Assembly (NCBI RefSeq): GCF_000497125.1
Contig: NC_090598.1
Location: 992,001 to 1,056,000, forward strand
Length of the DNA: 64,000 bases
Reading direction: 5' to 3'
Source of the DNA: Spironucleus salmonicida
Lineage: Eukaryota
Below, piece after piece: positions 14,395-27,045 of the stretch. The stretch's first letter is position 1, and every line of letters begins with the position of its first letter. The position numbers were made by a program, and so were the translations under genes. A model generated the notes under the pieces. The model was not told the origin of the DNA. It saw only the letters and a list, made by a program, of their open reading frames with translations, and searched no databases.

Positions 14395-14829
14395 TCAATA
14401 TGCATTAGCAAGTGCTAGGAGCAGCCCCTCGATCTGGAGGCCGGTGAACTCGGGGCGCTTGCCGGCCTGTCGCTTGATGTAGGTGCGCAGCTCCTGCTTG
14501 TGGAAGGCGTTGCCGTGGCGCTGCGCCATGCAGCCCATGACGCTCTCAACGGCGGTGGTGGTGCCCTCCTGGTGCAGGGCTTCCTGGAGCAGCTCGCGGA
14601 TCTCGTTCTTGTACTGGTGCGGCCGCTTGAAGAACTGCTTGGACCAGGTGTTGTGGAAGTAGTCCGCGGTCATGCGCTGGCTGACGCCGATGCGCCGGGA
14701 GATCTGGGTCCAGATGCCGTACCGCTCGTCGTTGGGGAGGTTGGTGAGCGCGCTTAGCAGCTGGTGGTCGGGCACGTTCACCACCTGGCGTATCTCGCTC
14801 AGGAACTGTTCTTTTTGCTGGGCGTTCAT
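14395..14829 (-). CDS. Myb/HTH-like small protein, copy A, 144 aa
   Basis: GC-rich ORF with IWTQISRRIGVSQRMTADYFHNTWSKQF (Myb-like W..I...DYF.N.W pattern). Nearly identical to 18044-18478 and 28256-28690. Confidence 0.8.
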   Translation of the reverse strand: MNAQQKEQFLSEIRQVVNVPDHQLLSALTNLPNDERYGIWTQISRRIGVSQRMTADYFHNTWSKQFFKRPHQYKNEIRELLQEALHQEGTTTAVESVMGCMAQRHGNAFHKQELRTYIKRQAGKRPEFTGLQIEGLLLALANAY

Positions 14830-15944
14830 TTATAAATTTTGTATACAAGATAATTCCAATATTCTCTTGCAGTATATCAATATAATCAGGACAATTAACT
14901 TTTGACAAATATAAATAATATATCAAATATAATATGTTGTATAGTTTGATTTCCCGTATTATAATACTATTTTAATTTAAAATAAATAATGATTGTACAG
15001 ATTCTATTTTTTGAAAATTAAATATTCGATCAAATTAGATGAATTCGTTTTCTGCGGATAAAAAAAAGGAAATTGTGACAATGTCAAATTTTAAATTAAA
15101 CCCTTTTAATAATATATACATTAAATATTTTTTAATTTTACAATTACGGAAATTAGACAAATAGAGCAAGTAGAGTAAATGATAAGTCAATCATAAATAA
15201 ATTATTGATCAAAACAATATTAATTTCTTGCTAATTATAAAAAATTATTAGATAAATTCTAGTTTAATTGTAAATATTATAAATGTAATGCTAAATTAAA
15301 TAAATTTTAGTTAAGGTTTAGATAATGGATTGTAGTTCTTATTAATAATTAATGGCTAGATGATTTAATGCAGAATACTGCATATTTCAGATTAATAATC
15401 ATTATGCGCATGCTACATCTTAAAAATAGACATTATCATAAATTAATATTTAATGTTAAGAACTAGACATAACATCGTGAAGAATTATTATTTGCTTATG
15501 CTCATATTATAATTAATGCGTTAAAAGGACGACACTATTACAAAATCATGAGTTTTTAGCCTTTTTCAGACCAAATTAATACAAACTTGCACTATACCAG
15601 ATTCCTACTATCCTATGCTCACAACGTGCATCGTCACGCACAATACGCCTTACGAAATCATCCACCAAGAGAATCTAAAATCTAACGCCTCTAGCCTTCT
15701 TTGTTAGCTAATCACCTTCTAAATCTGAATTCTACTCAATGATCTTACAATACCTATCTTTTATCCGCCAATGTAAACAAGCTACCCTTGAAGTTCCATA
15801 TCACCCGCTCCGATCTCGCGATCTCGCACCATATTCCCTGAATTACATCACCCCACACCAAATTACACTTCATTCCACCCCATTTCTACTCTATATCACC
15901 TCTCAAAGACAAACAAAACCGAATCCAGCCCAAACAAATCACTC

Positions 15945-16505
15945 TCAGATGGCATTAATCCTATCCATCAAATCGTTCATGCTGTCAGCCCCCGCATCCT
16001 CAACGATTCGGGGCTTCGTAGAGCTGAGGATGACATCGTTCCCGCTTTGCGCGACCATCTCGGCTTCTAGCTCCTGCATGACGTCGCCGTGTGTGATCTG
16101 AGCAGCGGGCTGCATCGCATCCTGCATGACCGCGAGGTTGACACCCAAGCCGTCCATGAGGTGCTGGAACTGGTCCATCGTCTTCTGTACTTCGACCGGG
16201 TTCGCGGTGTCTTTTCCCAGCGAGACGTTCAGGGAGCTGATTTCCTTCGTGAAGCTCTCGGCTGCCTGCTTCATTTTGAGCTGATTAGAGGCAGTTTCCA
16301 GCTGCACGGAGAGAAGCTTAAACTGGTACGCCTGTTGCTTCAGCGAGGATGACTGTGTGGCGTACATGGAGGCGCACTACTTGTCGTTCTTCTGTAGTTC
16401 GGCACGCGCCTTCTGCTTGTACTTTTCGGCCTCCTTGTCGAATTTAGCGGCCTGGCGCTGGAATTCCTTTGCCTTGAAGCGAGTGTTGAACATCAAATCT
16501 TCCAT
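15945..16505 (-). CDS. VPS46: ESCRT-III Snf7-family protein CHMP1/Vps46/Did2, 186 aa
   Basis: MEDLMFNTRFKAKEFQRQAAKFDKEAEKYKQKARAEL...VQKTMDQFQ...DLMDRINAI (MIM1-like C-terminus). Extended to ATG 16505 through one TAG. Confidence 0.88.
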
Positions 16506-17624
16506 TTTATGTGGAGGGGAATTATTCGTATATTGTATATATATATATATAAATAAGAATAGTGATATTCTCTAAATAAAGAGACAATTTAAATTATATG
16601 AAGTGAGTATTATATAATATTGACTGGCTTATCAAAAATAAAGATTTTAAATATAGGATTTGAGTGGAGTGACAGAATCAATTAATGTTTCTGAATGAAA
16701 ATTTGGCTGCCGCGATCTAGGCATCATTTATGGTAATTGCGTTCAAAAATTGATACATAACTGAGGTTGACGTGTGTCAATCTTAACTTATCATCAATTG
16801 AAAAGAAACGTACTATTAACTAGCATCCATACACGTTTAACAATATTGTGTGACTGGATAATCTCGCTATTTGCCCGCGTGCCCGGACGTGGGGGCGGGA
16901 CCTCTGCCGGTGTGGTCGTCTGCGCAGATGCAGTTTTCTCTTTACCTAGCGTTCCCAGAACGGGTAATAGTATTGTAAACAGGATAAGTGGTAGAATACT
17001 ACGCCGAAAACAACTCGGTCAAAACGTGCAGCAATGTCATATACTACAATATGGTCAGTTTGTACCTGAGCCGCTGGTTCTGGCACCGCTGATCCCAGAC
17101 CAAGTCGATGCACACCCACAGAAGCAGCTTACGTTGCGAGGCAGGTTGAGAGCAGTTTCGGTAAAGGACACCCTGAGTCGTGCGCGTGAGATCGAAAATT
17201 GCGGGGACACCCCTCTCGTAGGTGGCGGAAGGCACTCGTGCAGGGATCAGCCTCTGCATGGATTGCCCATTATAGCAGACCACGCTCAGCACTGCTTCGG
17301 TGCGTTGCACCCACCCACCTATCACTAGCACAACCAGCTCCATTTTAGGACACAAGCAGCTGTAGATGATTATGTGTCCGAAAGTGGCAATACTCGGAGT
17401 GTCAACATAAAGTAACATATGACTTCCAAGTTAGAATAAATTTTTTCGCGGCAGGACGATATCCATTCGGATATTTCAAAACGTTGCTATAAATAGATTC
17501 ATATAAATGTCTGCTCCCTACGAGCAGAAATAAAAGCCATCCCCCACATGCTAGCTCAGATTGGATCTATTTCTAACTTAAATTTGATAATGCTATGGAC
17601 TCCGTTCATTCGGCACCCATTCAT

Positions 17625-17876
17625 TCAGCTTAGGCCGCCGTTCATGATACTGTATATTTGCGATAATATCTCTTCAACCGTAGGTACTGGACAGCTGGTA
17701 TGTCGGCGCTGTCCCAGGTGGAGCCCCAACTTGTAGTACTTATTGCGAATCGAACCAGATTCGAGGTGTGGCAGCGCTGACTCTCTGATAGCGTCCCAGT
17801 CCCGGCCGAACTGGAGCACCGCGGTCTCCAGAAGCTGCGTCTCGTACGCGGTCCAGCAGTGGGCATTATGCGTCAT
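17625..17876 (-). CDS. Myb-like DNA-binding (SANT) protein, 83 aa (IR1 left copy)
   Basis: WTAYETQLLETAVLQFGRDWDAIRESALPHLESGSIRNKYY single Myb repeat; CTCACTCCAC upstream. Confidence 0.88.
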   Translation of the reverse strand: MTHNAHCWTAYETQLLETAVLQFGRDWDAIRESALPHLESGSIRNKYYKLGLHLGQRRHTSCPVPTVEEILSQIYSIMNGGLS

Positions 17877-18043
17877 TTCGTGGAGTGAGTACTAAAATAT
17901 TATAGCTAATTCTTGTCCTACCCAATGACAGGTCCAAACCTGATACCACATTCCTTCCTTGTCACTTTTAGTCACACTCCATTTTGATTGGAATCAGATG
18001 CCCATTTACATTGCGTTTTAAATCCGCTAGTGATTTGGCTAAC

Positions 18044-18478
18044 TCACTGAACGTTCGCCAGGATGGCTAGCAGCCCATCGATCTAGAGGCCGGTGAACTC
18101 GGGGCGCTTGCCGGCCTGTCGCTTGATGTAGGTGCGCAGCTCCTGCTTGTGGAAGGCGTTGCCGTGGCGCTGCGCCATGCAGCCCATGACGCTCTCAACG
18201 GCGGTGGCGGTGCCCTCCTGCTGCAGGGCTTCCTGGAGCAGCTCGCGGATCTCGTTCTTGTACTGGTGCGGCCGCTTGAAGAACTGCTTGGACCAGGTGT
18301 TGTGGAAGTAGTCCGCGGTCATGCGCTGGCTGACGCCGATGCGCCGGGAGATCTGGGTCCAGATGCCGTACCGCTCGTCGTTGGGGAGGTTGGTGAGCGC
18401 GCTTAGCAGCTGGTGGTCGGGCACGTTCACCACCTGGCGTATCTCGCTCAGGAACTGTTCTTTTTGCTGGGCGTTCAT
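18044..18478 (-). CDS. Myb/HTH-like small protein, copy B, 144 aa (IR1 left)
   Basis: Paralog of 14395-14829; reads through TAG at 18083 to CAG TGA. Confidence 0.8.
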
Positions 18479-18932
18479 TTGATCAGGGTATACTTAAGTA
18501 TAGTATGATATTTCTACTTTGGCGGGGGTGGAGTTTATATAATTTCAGATATATGGGATTATATAGTTTCCGCACCACTGTAGACATCTCCTTGAAACAT
18601 AGTAATACATAGGGAGCCAATACCTATTGGATACGTTAGAATAAAATTTTCAGTGGATTAACAGATAGACGCATTACATATACTCTCACAAAATTGGAGG
18701 CAAATCCACATTATATTGGGTTTTCTTATCGCGCATTTCACCCACTCCTAAAATGGGCTTGGGTTATGCATTAGAGGGTCTGACAGCGCAACTTGCGGCG
18801 CGCGGAAAGCATCATGCGCCAATATCCATCGCGGTATTTCCCAAGCTCTGGATTCAAGGAACTGCACCCCTTCGCTTGATTTGACCTGCTGACGATAACC
18901 CTGCTGCTGGGTACGACGACGAAAAGAGGCAT

Positions 18933-18961
18933 CAGTTTAGAAATGAAACATTTCTAAACTG
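18933..18961. repeat. Perfect 13-bp stem hairpin CAGTTTAGAAATG-AAA-CATTTCTAAACTG
   Basis: Read directly; counterpart at 27773-27801. Confidence 0.9.
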
Positions 18962-19688
18962 TTCTGCTCGCCTTAATTTGAAGTGTCTCTCCATTGGTTT
19001 TCTATTCTAAGGTAGTTTGTCGGAGCCCTAGATGGCTAATCTGAGGGTGCGAACGCCGTTGCACAGAATCAACATTGGTTGCGGAATCATCCCATTAAGC
19101 ATCATACCCAGAACCTTAGCCTGCATCATGTGATTGCTTGTTTTCGTTGTTGTTAGCAGCCTCCGACAAAACAACTCAAATGACTAAGGCTTCTATGGCT
19201 TCTGTAGAGTTACCGGTGAAACTCAGATTTACACCAATGCCGCACGCAACAGTCAGATTCTCACCTCTTATCACACCCCAAATGCAGTACCGCCTGTTCT
19301 ATCCTAGGTAAAGAGGCCCGGGTTCCATTAAATAGCGGTGGCTCAACTTTTAAACTGCCATTCTGGATAATCTCCTAGCGTGCGGTGGGACTAGGAAGCC
19401 TGAAACTGGTGTCAATCACCACTGATTCAGATGATGCCAGGCTGATCGGTTGCGGTAGAGTCTGTTCAAAGCAGGGTGTTAGGTTAGATTGGGATGATTG
19501 GTTTTTATTATATACTGCACCGTATCCGTGTCACAAGAATCTACATATAGGCCGCCGCGCCGCACTCAGTACCTTCAGAAAAGTTTGCATGTTCTACTAG
19601 AGAATATTCCTTGAATGACGGCCGGACTCATTCGTGAAGGGAGAGCACTCCTGCGGAATTCATTCCAATGTTACAATGATAACAAAAA

Positions 19689-22334
19689 TCAGTAGCGCTC
19701 ACCGTCCTTCTTTTTAGCGTTTCCGCGCTTTTACATCGCCATGCGTTTCCTCTCCTTGTTGCTGCGGCTCTTCCAGCTGCCGCGATATTTCTTGTCATCC
19801 TTTTTGCTCATCTTTTCTTGGTTCCGGCACCCATTACCCCCTTCCCAATGGCAACCTCTAGCTCGTGTTAAGTCACTGCGGCACCCTTAGCACATACTTT
19901 AAACGCTCTAATGCTTGCCGCAATACCCACAGATCATCTATTTTGCAATTTCATCTCCACACCCACAATTTTTAGTGTGGCAAACATCGCACGGAAAGGC
20001 CTGACCACATGCAAAGCGGAACCACCGGAATGATTTTTGATAATGCTCGCAGGTCCCATTGTTCGGTAATTTCTTCCCAGTACCGCTAAAGACTTATGCC
20101 TTCTATGGCTTCTACAGAAAGTTGGGTAGAGGGATTTGCTTTCCAGACTGAAGGGCAAAATATGATGACTCAAATGTGAATATAAGCGGCTTAAAACAGT
20201 TTGGGCATCGGCACTTAGCCCCTTGAATATCGTGTGAAACGAAGAACTAGACGGAGTTTTAGACTGAAAGAGTTCCACATTAACATTGGATTATGATCAC
20301 AGAGTCATCCATGAAGCTCAACACAAGAGGAATACAATTAACATGGGACACGATAAAGAGTGGCTCTGGGTGTCCGGAGTCTCCTTTAAACGCTTGGTTG
20401 AAGAGTTTTGATACGCAAGATATCTCATGTTTAACCGTACAAAACTAGCACAACTACTTGCATGCCAGAATATCTGAATTTAAAGTCTTGTATTCTTTAT
20501 AGATAGCCGTAGAATCTAAGGTTAGGACGCTCATCTTAGAACACTTAGAACACATTACACTGATTTGGACCTTCTAGAATTGAATAATCATAGAATTTTC
20601 GAGCTATAGGTTTGTCAGTGAAAGACGCAGGCTGTTAGGAGATAGCTGTGGGTCATTTATAGCCAAAAAAGAATCAGTAACTTGAGCGTATGTGTCATAA
20701 ATTGAGGACTCCGAAGAAGAAAAGGATGATTCATAATATGAATCTGAATCCTGCTCATCACTTATCGCAAATTCCTCTCCTTCGCCCTCTAGATACTACT
20801 ACACTCGTATTCTCTTTATTTGCAGTGCTGCAAATGCTGAAATATCTGAGAATAACTATATAATTATATCAAAATTCTTTAGTAGTGTGATACCACTTTC
20901 AATTAGTGGTATATAACATTAAGGACTAGGAAGAGAATTAATCTTAGTTAAGAAGTCTTGTTCTGAATATTATCCTTATTATACTTATGCATGTCGTATA
21001 TACTTATATACAGGTGGTCTTATCATGCATATGTTAAACTGCTTCAAGGTATCTTCTCTCCTGTCTAAATCTTTGATATTATTACCTGCATCTATATCAG
21101 ATGATCTCAAGATTTGACTCATCTCTCTGCTAAGGATAGATAGAAACTGGTAATCACAATAATCGATTGATAACATTAATTCTGGGGGAAGCTATCGGGC
21201 TTGTTTAGTCAAAATATGTAATAGTTTACCTTAAGGATCAACTCTTATGAAAGATTTCTTTTCTGTTATTAGATTAATCGCAATAAGGAATGTTACGTCG
21301 ACATCATTCTCAGAGAATAGAGTAGAAAATACTGGGAGCAATTTCGAGGCAGCAAAAGGAATCTGCTTTAATGGAACGTTGAACGAAAATATTATCTCTG
21401 ATTCAGTGTTTTGATGTATGTTAAACCCATCATATCGTCTTGATAATACTAACATATCTTTTGTCATCTGATTTTGTTTGAGGTTTACAAGAATATCCCT
21501 ATAAGTAACTGATTGAATTGTATTCCATGTTTCATTTTGAGAAATATCTTTAGGTAATACTTCTTAACCATCTATTTTTGGCTTTTATTATAGATTCCTC
21601 TGTTATTAAAATGATTTTTATTACGCGATTTATGCATGGAACTAATCTAGAGTAATTATTTCAGACTCATCATATATTTTCATTCTTTATTTCATTTGAA
21701 GTTTCTTAAACTCTTCGTTTTTCAACTCTTGCTCTGTCTTATATCTAAATTAGACATGCACCTACTATACCTAATTAGTTAACTATGTAACTACTTTTGG
21801 TTCCTCTATCTTCTCAACTTAGGTATCTGCTTGTTCAGCTAGAGTTTCGACTTAACATACTTATGATTGTGGGGATTCTATTGGTAACTATATTTTAGTG
21901 GCCTCTGGTAATGTATTGACTATTTCACACTCCTATTTAAATAAATAACGAAGACACGTGCAACCAGTCTCGTCTATTGCTTAATATCTTGTGAAATAAC
22001 TCCATAATTTCAAAAGAAATTAGTCAAAATTGATACTAACCTGAATAAGCAAATTATTAACAGATGTCTATTTTGCTATATTTTCTACTAGTTTTTGGAA
22101 TTCTTTTAAATAAGAGTAAGAAGCTTCTTTAATGATTGGTTATACTTTAATTTTTTTATTTTTAACAGCAACAATAATACTATAAGAGTCGACATCAACT
22201 TTAGCAGTCTATGGAGCTCTAATAATAAATTTAATCGTTTGATACTCTGCTTTAAAAAAAGGTCCATGGGTTATTAATTTTGTGTCATCAAAAGGAATAG
22301 TTGTGTTCTACAAATACGCTTAAACTAACTCCAT
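19689..22334 (-). CDS. CHY zinc-finger domain protein, 881 aa (intact copy crossing the IR1 inner boundary)
   Basis: C-terminus GKKLPNNGTCEHYQKSFRWFRFACGQAFPCDVCH...MICGYCG...HWEGGNGCRNQEKMSKKDDKKY is typical of CHY-finger proteins. ATG 22334 lies in the spacer. Confidence 0.88.
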
Positions 22335-22388
22335 GAGAAGTGGTGACAATAATAAATAATTATTAAATACAAATAAGTAACATTAATA

Positions 22389-22796
22389 TCATTCAATTTC
22401 TTCCACTGACTTAAAAAGATACCTTAAAATCGTACAACATTCATGATCAACTGCTTAATATCTCTTAAAATATTTAAAAGGTCTTAGTAAAACTTAATCA
22501 TAGTCAGACTAACATTATTTAAGTAATTCATTTGCAGAAGTTTCTTTTAATATTTTTTCGAGTTCTAATTAAAAGTCTTTTACATACAGTTCAGGTGCAT
22601 CTTTAACTATAGGAAATACTTTAGGCTTCTTACCTAATAGTATGTACAAACTATATGAATCAACATCAACTTTAGCTGTATCAGGTGCTCTAATAGTAAC
22701 TTTATATGTTAAATAACCATCTTTTATAAAATTACCAGTCTTAATTTCTTTTATGTCAGCTGATAATATATTAGTGTTAGAAATTAGCTCTTCCAT
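22389..22796 (-). CDS. 135-aa protein paralogous to the N-terminal domain of the adjacent CHY protein
   Basis: IRAPDTAKVDVDSYS vs IRAPQTAKVDVDSYS; RYQAVDHECCTILRYLFK vs RYQAIDETGCTCLRYLFK. Confidence 0.8.
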
Positions 22797-22859
22797 TAAT
22801 AAAGGAAAGATCTAATTTATTATTATTAAATTAAAGTTTATTTATTTATATATAATAAC

Positions 22860-24209
22860 TCACATATCAAAAAATGTGTTTTTATCGCCTTATAAAATCT
22901 TTAACCTAGCCTCTTGAATATTTGATTGAAAAAGCAATGTCTGTCTTTTTGGTGAGAACGATCGATCCATATTCTTCCGATATTTTGCAGGTATTTTCTC
23001 ACTATCTAAATTTCTACTAAATTTTCTTTTTTCATTTGACAACTTTTTTTCATACTGTGCCATCCATTTGATTCGTGACTTTCGCATATCATTTTTATTG
23101 CATTAAAAATACTCTTCTATGATTTAAGATATTTTATCATCGATTTTTCTAATTAGTTTTGTAGTAACTTCTTCATTTCCAGTTGGCCCAGGACAACCTA
23201 CTTGTGAAGCTAACCTAGAAATAGATGTCTCTAGAGTATAATACTGGCAATCTAATAATAATTATAGTTTTTTATCCTCATCAAGATCAATATTTTTTAT
23301 TTTTTATTTCTACTCTTCTTTTACTTTATAAACTGTCAAGAGCTCATTTATAAATTGTTCTTCCTCAAATTATACTACTTAACTGTCTAACTATTTATTA
23401 AGTAATTCTTCTTAAATAGATTATATGTTATTATCATCTGTAAATTTCTGGTTAAGTCGCATATATTCTTATTTGACATGGCTCGGACAGAGATTAACAA
23501 TAGGAAGAATAAGAGTTCTTCTTAGCGATTTTATTGCTTCCAGCAAGGTTTTATTCATAAGATGTTCGTATCCGTCAATTTGTAAGGATTCAAATTAAAA
23601 GTCTTAATGTTAAGTCATGAAAACTTAATTAACTTATCTAAATATACATGAGTATCCATCATTCTCACTTAAATCAAGAGGTAAACATGTGTTAATTAAT
23701 GTTTTCCTATTTTACATTATGGTTATATTTTCCTTCAACTCAGATGAGATTAATTAAAAAATTTAACGAGAATATACATAACTGGTTAGAATTTCATTTT
23801 CTTTTTTAACATTATTCATAATAGATTAAAACTATTGCAACAGACAAAAAATTTGTCTCTCGTTATTTGCATTAATTTCTGGTGGCTATAATTCAATATT
23901 TAACACTATTTCTGCCTATTTTTTAATAACTTGATCAGTTTCTGCTTATACAATACATTCTTCATTGTATATTAATGTTTCTCTTCTCTAAACTTTGTTT
24001 ATAAGATAAATTCTTTCTTATTCACATCTACCTAAGAATAAGTCTGTTTCAGATAAAAATTTAGTAAGTGGACCAAATAATTAACCAGGAGTTTTTGGTC
24101 GAACTGGTGATACGGGTTATGGTGCATATTTTGTACGCTGTGGGAATCTACTACTCTTTATTTCTCTGAATTCTTACTAACGTGAAATTTTTGAATAAGG
24201 CCTCAGCAT
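22860..24209 (-). CDS. Hypothetical protein, about 449 aa (IR1 spacer)
   Basis: ATG 24209 (MLRPYSKISRQQEFREIK) is in frame with standard ORF 22890-23087 and TGA 22860; interior not fully read. Confidence 0.65.
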
Positions 24210-24738
24210 TTTATTTAAATTATTATATAATATACATAAAATTAAAATCATTAATACTTATTAGTCTATAAATTTATGATTACCGTATTTAGTTCTATAT
24301 GTTCTATTTAATCTTCTATCTCTACTATTTATTATAAAATAACATCATTTGCATCCGTTTAGTTATCTAATGAAAATTATAAATTTTTCGTTTAATGCAA
24401 AATTTATGAAATCATATTGTCATAATAGTTTATTTAACTACGCACATCTTACAAAATATTAGATAATTGTCTAGATTAGCAGTTATACTCTTACTGAATT
24501 GCTGTTTGCTAATTTTTCAGTTCTTAATACATAAAAATGTAGTGCTTGTATTAAAGATTAACTGTTTCAAGATCCTCATCAAATTTTAAAGTTTATAACA
24601 TAGGAGATGAATTATTCATTATTAGTGACGTCTGCAATGGTGTCCGAGGTTGTGGTGACGCAAATGACCAATTCATGATTTATAAATTAAATAAAAATAT
24701 AGGCATATAAGTATATAAAATTTAGAGCAACAATTGGG

Positions 24739-27045
24739 TTCACAGGATATTAAGCAATAGACGAGACTGGTTGCACGTGTCTTCGTTATTTATTTAAATA
24801 GGAGTGTGAAATAGTCAATACATTACCAGAGGCCACTAAAATATAGTTACCAATAGAATCCCCACAATCATAAGTATGTTAAGTCGAAACTCTAGCTGAA
24901 CAAGCAGATACCTAAGTTGAGAAGATAGAGGAACCAAAAGTAGTTACATAGCTAACTAATTAGGTATAGTAGGTGCATGTCTAATTTAGATATAAGACAG
25001 AGCAAGAGTTGAAAAACGAAGAGTTTAAGAAACTTCAAATGAAATAAAGAATGAAAATATATGATGAGTCTGAAATAATTACTCTAGATTAGTTCCATGC
25101 ATAAATCGCGTAATAAAAATCATTTTAATAACAGAGGAATCTATAATAAAAGCCAAAAATAGATGGTTAAGAAGTATTACCTAAAGATATTTCTCAAAAT
25201 GAAACATGGAATACAATTCAATCAGTTACTTATAGGGATATTCTTGTAAACCTCAAACAAAATCAGATGACAAAAGATATGTTAGTATTATCAAGACGAT
25301 ATGATGGGTTTAACATACATCAAAACACTGAATCAGAGATAATATTTTCGTTCAACGTTCCATTAAAGCAGATTCCTTTTGCTGCCTCGAAATTGCTCCC
25401 AGTATTTTCTACTCTATTCTCTGAGAATGATGTCGACGTAACATTCCTTATTGCGATTAATCTAATAACAGAAAAGAAATCTTTCATAAGAGTTGATCCT
25501 TAAGGTAAACTATTACATATTTTGACTAAACAAGCCCGATAGCTTCCCCCAGAATTAATGTTATCAATCGATTATTGTGATTACCAGTTTCTATCTATCC
25601 TTAGCAGAGAGATGAGTCAAATCTTGAGATCATCTGATATAGATGCAGGTAATAATATCAAAGATTTAGACAGGAGAGAAGATACCTTGAAGCAGTTTAA
25701 CATATGCATGATAAGACCACCTGTATATAAGTATATACGACATGCATAAGTATAATAAGGATAATATTCAGAACAAGACTTCTTAACTAAGATTAATTCT
25801 CTTCCTAGTCCTTAATGTTATATACCACTAATTGAAAGTGGTATCACACTACTAAAGAATTTTGATATAATTATATAGTTATTCTCAGATATTTCAGCAT
25901 TTGCAGCACTGCAAATAAAGAGAATACGAGTGTAGTAGTATCTAGAGGGCGAAGGAGAGGAATTTGCGATAAGTGATGAGCAGGATTCAGATTCATATTA
26001 TGAATCATCCTTTTCTTCTTCGGAGTCCTCAATTTATGACACATACGCTCAAGTTACTGATTCTTTTTTGGCTATAAATGACCCACAGCTATCTCCTAAC
26101 AGCCTGCGTCTTTCACTGACAAACCTATAGCTCGAAAATTCTATGATTATTCAATTCTAGAAGGTCCAAATCAGTGTAATGTGTTCTAAGTGTTCTAAGA
26201 TGAGCGTCCTAACCTTAGATTCTACGGCTATCTATAAAGAATACAAGACTTTAAATTCAGATATTCTGGCATGCAAGTAGTTGTGCTAGTTTTGTACGGT
26301 TAAACATGAGATATCTTGCGTATCAAAACTCTTCAACCAAGCGTTTAAAGGAGACTCCGGACACCCAGAGCCACTCTTTATCGTGTCCCATGTTAATTGT
26401 ATTCCTCTTGTGTTGAGCTTCATGGATGACTCTGTGATCATAATCCAATGTTAATGTGGAACTCTTTCAGTCTAAAACTCCGTCTAGTTCTTCGTTTCAC
26501 ACGATATTCAAGGGGCTAAGTGCCGATGCCCAAACTGTTTTAAGCCGCTTATATTCACATTTGAGTCATCATATTTTGCCCTTCAGTCTGGAAAGCAAAT
26601 CCCTCTACCCAACTTTCTGTAGAAGCCATAGAAGGCATAAGTCTTTAGCGGTACTGGGAAGAAATTACCGAACAATGGGACCTGCGAGCATTATCAAAAA
26701 TCATTCCGGTGGTTCCGCTTTGCATGTGGTCAGGCCTTTCCGTGCGATGTTTGCCACACTAAAAATTGTGGGTGTGGAGATGAAATTGCAAAATAGATGA
26801 TCTGTGGGTATTGCGGCAAGCATTAGAGCGTTTAAAGTATGTGCTAAGGGTGCCGCAGTGACTTAACACGAGCTAGAGGTTGCCATTGGGAAGGGGGTAA
26901 TGGGTGCCGGAACCAAGAAAAGATGAGCAAAAAGGATGACAAGAAATATCGCGGCAGCTGGAAGAGCCGCAGCAACAAGGAGAGGAAACGCATGGCGATG
27001 TAAAAGCGCGGAAACGCTAAAAAGAAGGACGGTGAGCGCTACTGA
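24739..27045 (+). pseudogene. 5'-truncated duplicate of the CHY zinc-finger gene (first in-frame ATG at 25039)
   Basis: Lacks the first about 113 codons; upstream frame closed by TGA at 24676-24678. Could still yield a shortened 668-aa protein. Confidence 0.7.

Larger units (their letters stand above)
16842..21995. repeat. Inverted repeat IR1, left arm (5154 bp)
   Basis: Reverse complement of 24739-29892 (coordinates sum to 46734). Mirrored ORFs are identical; boundaries read at AATATTGTGT (outer) and GTGAA (inner). Confidence 0.97.

Noticed and set aside
19934-20278. 114-aa ORF (mirror 26456-26800)
   Set aside because: Alternative frame inside the CHY zinc-finger gene.
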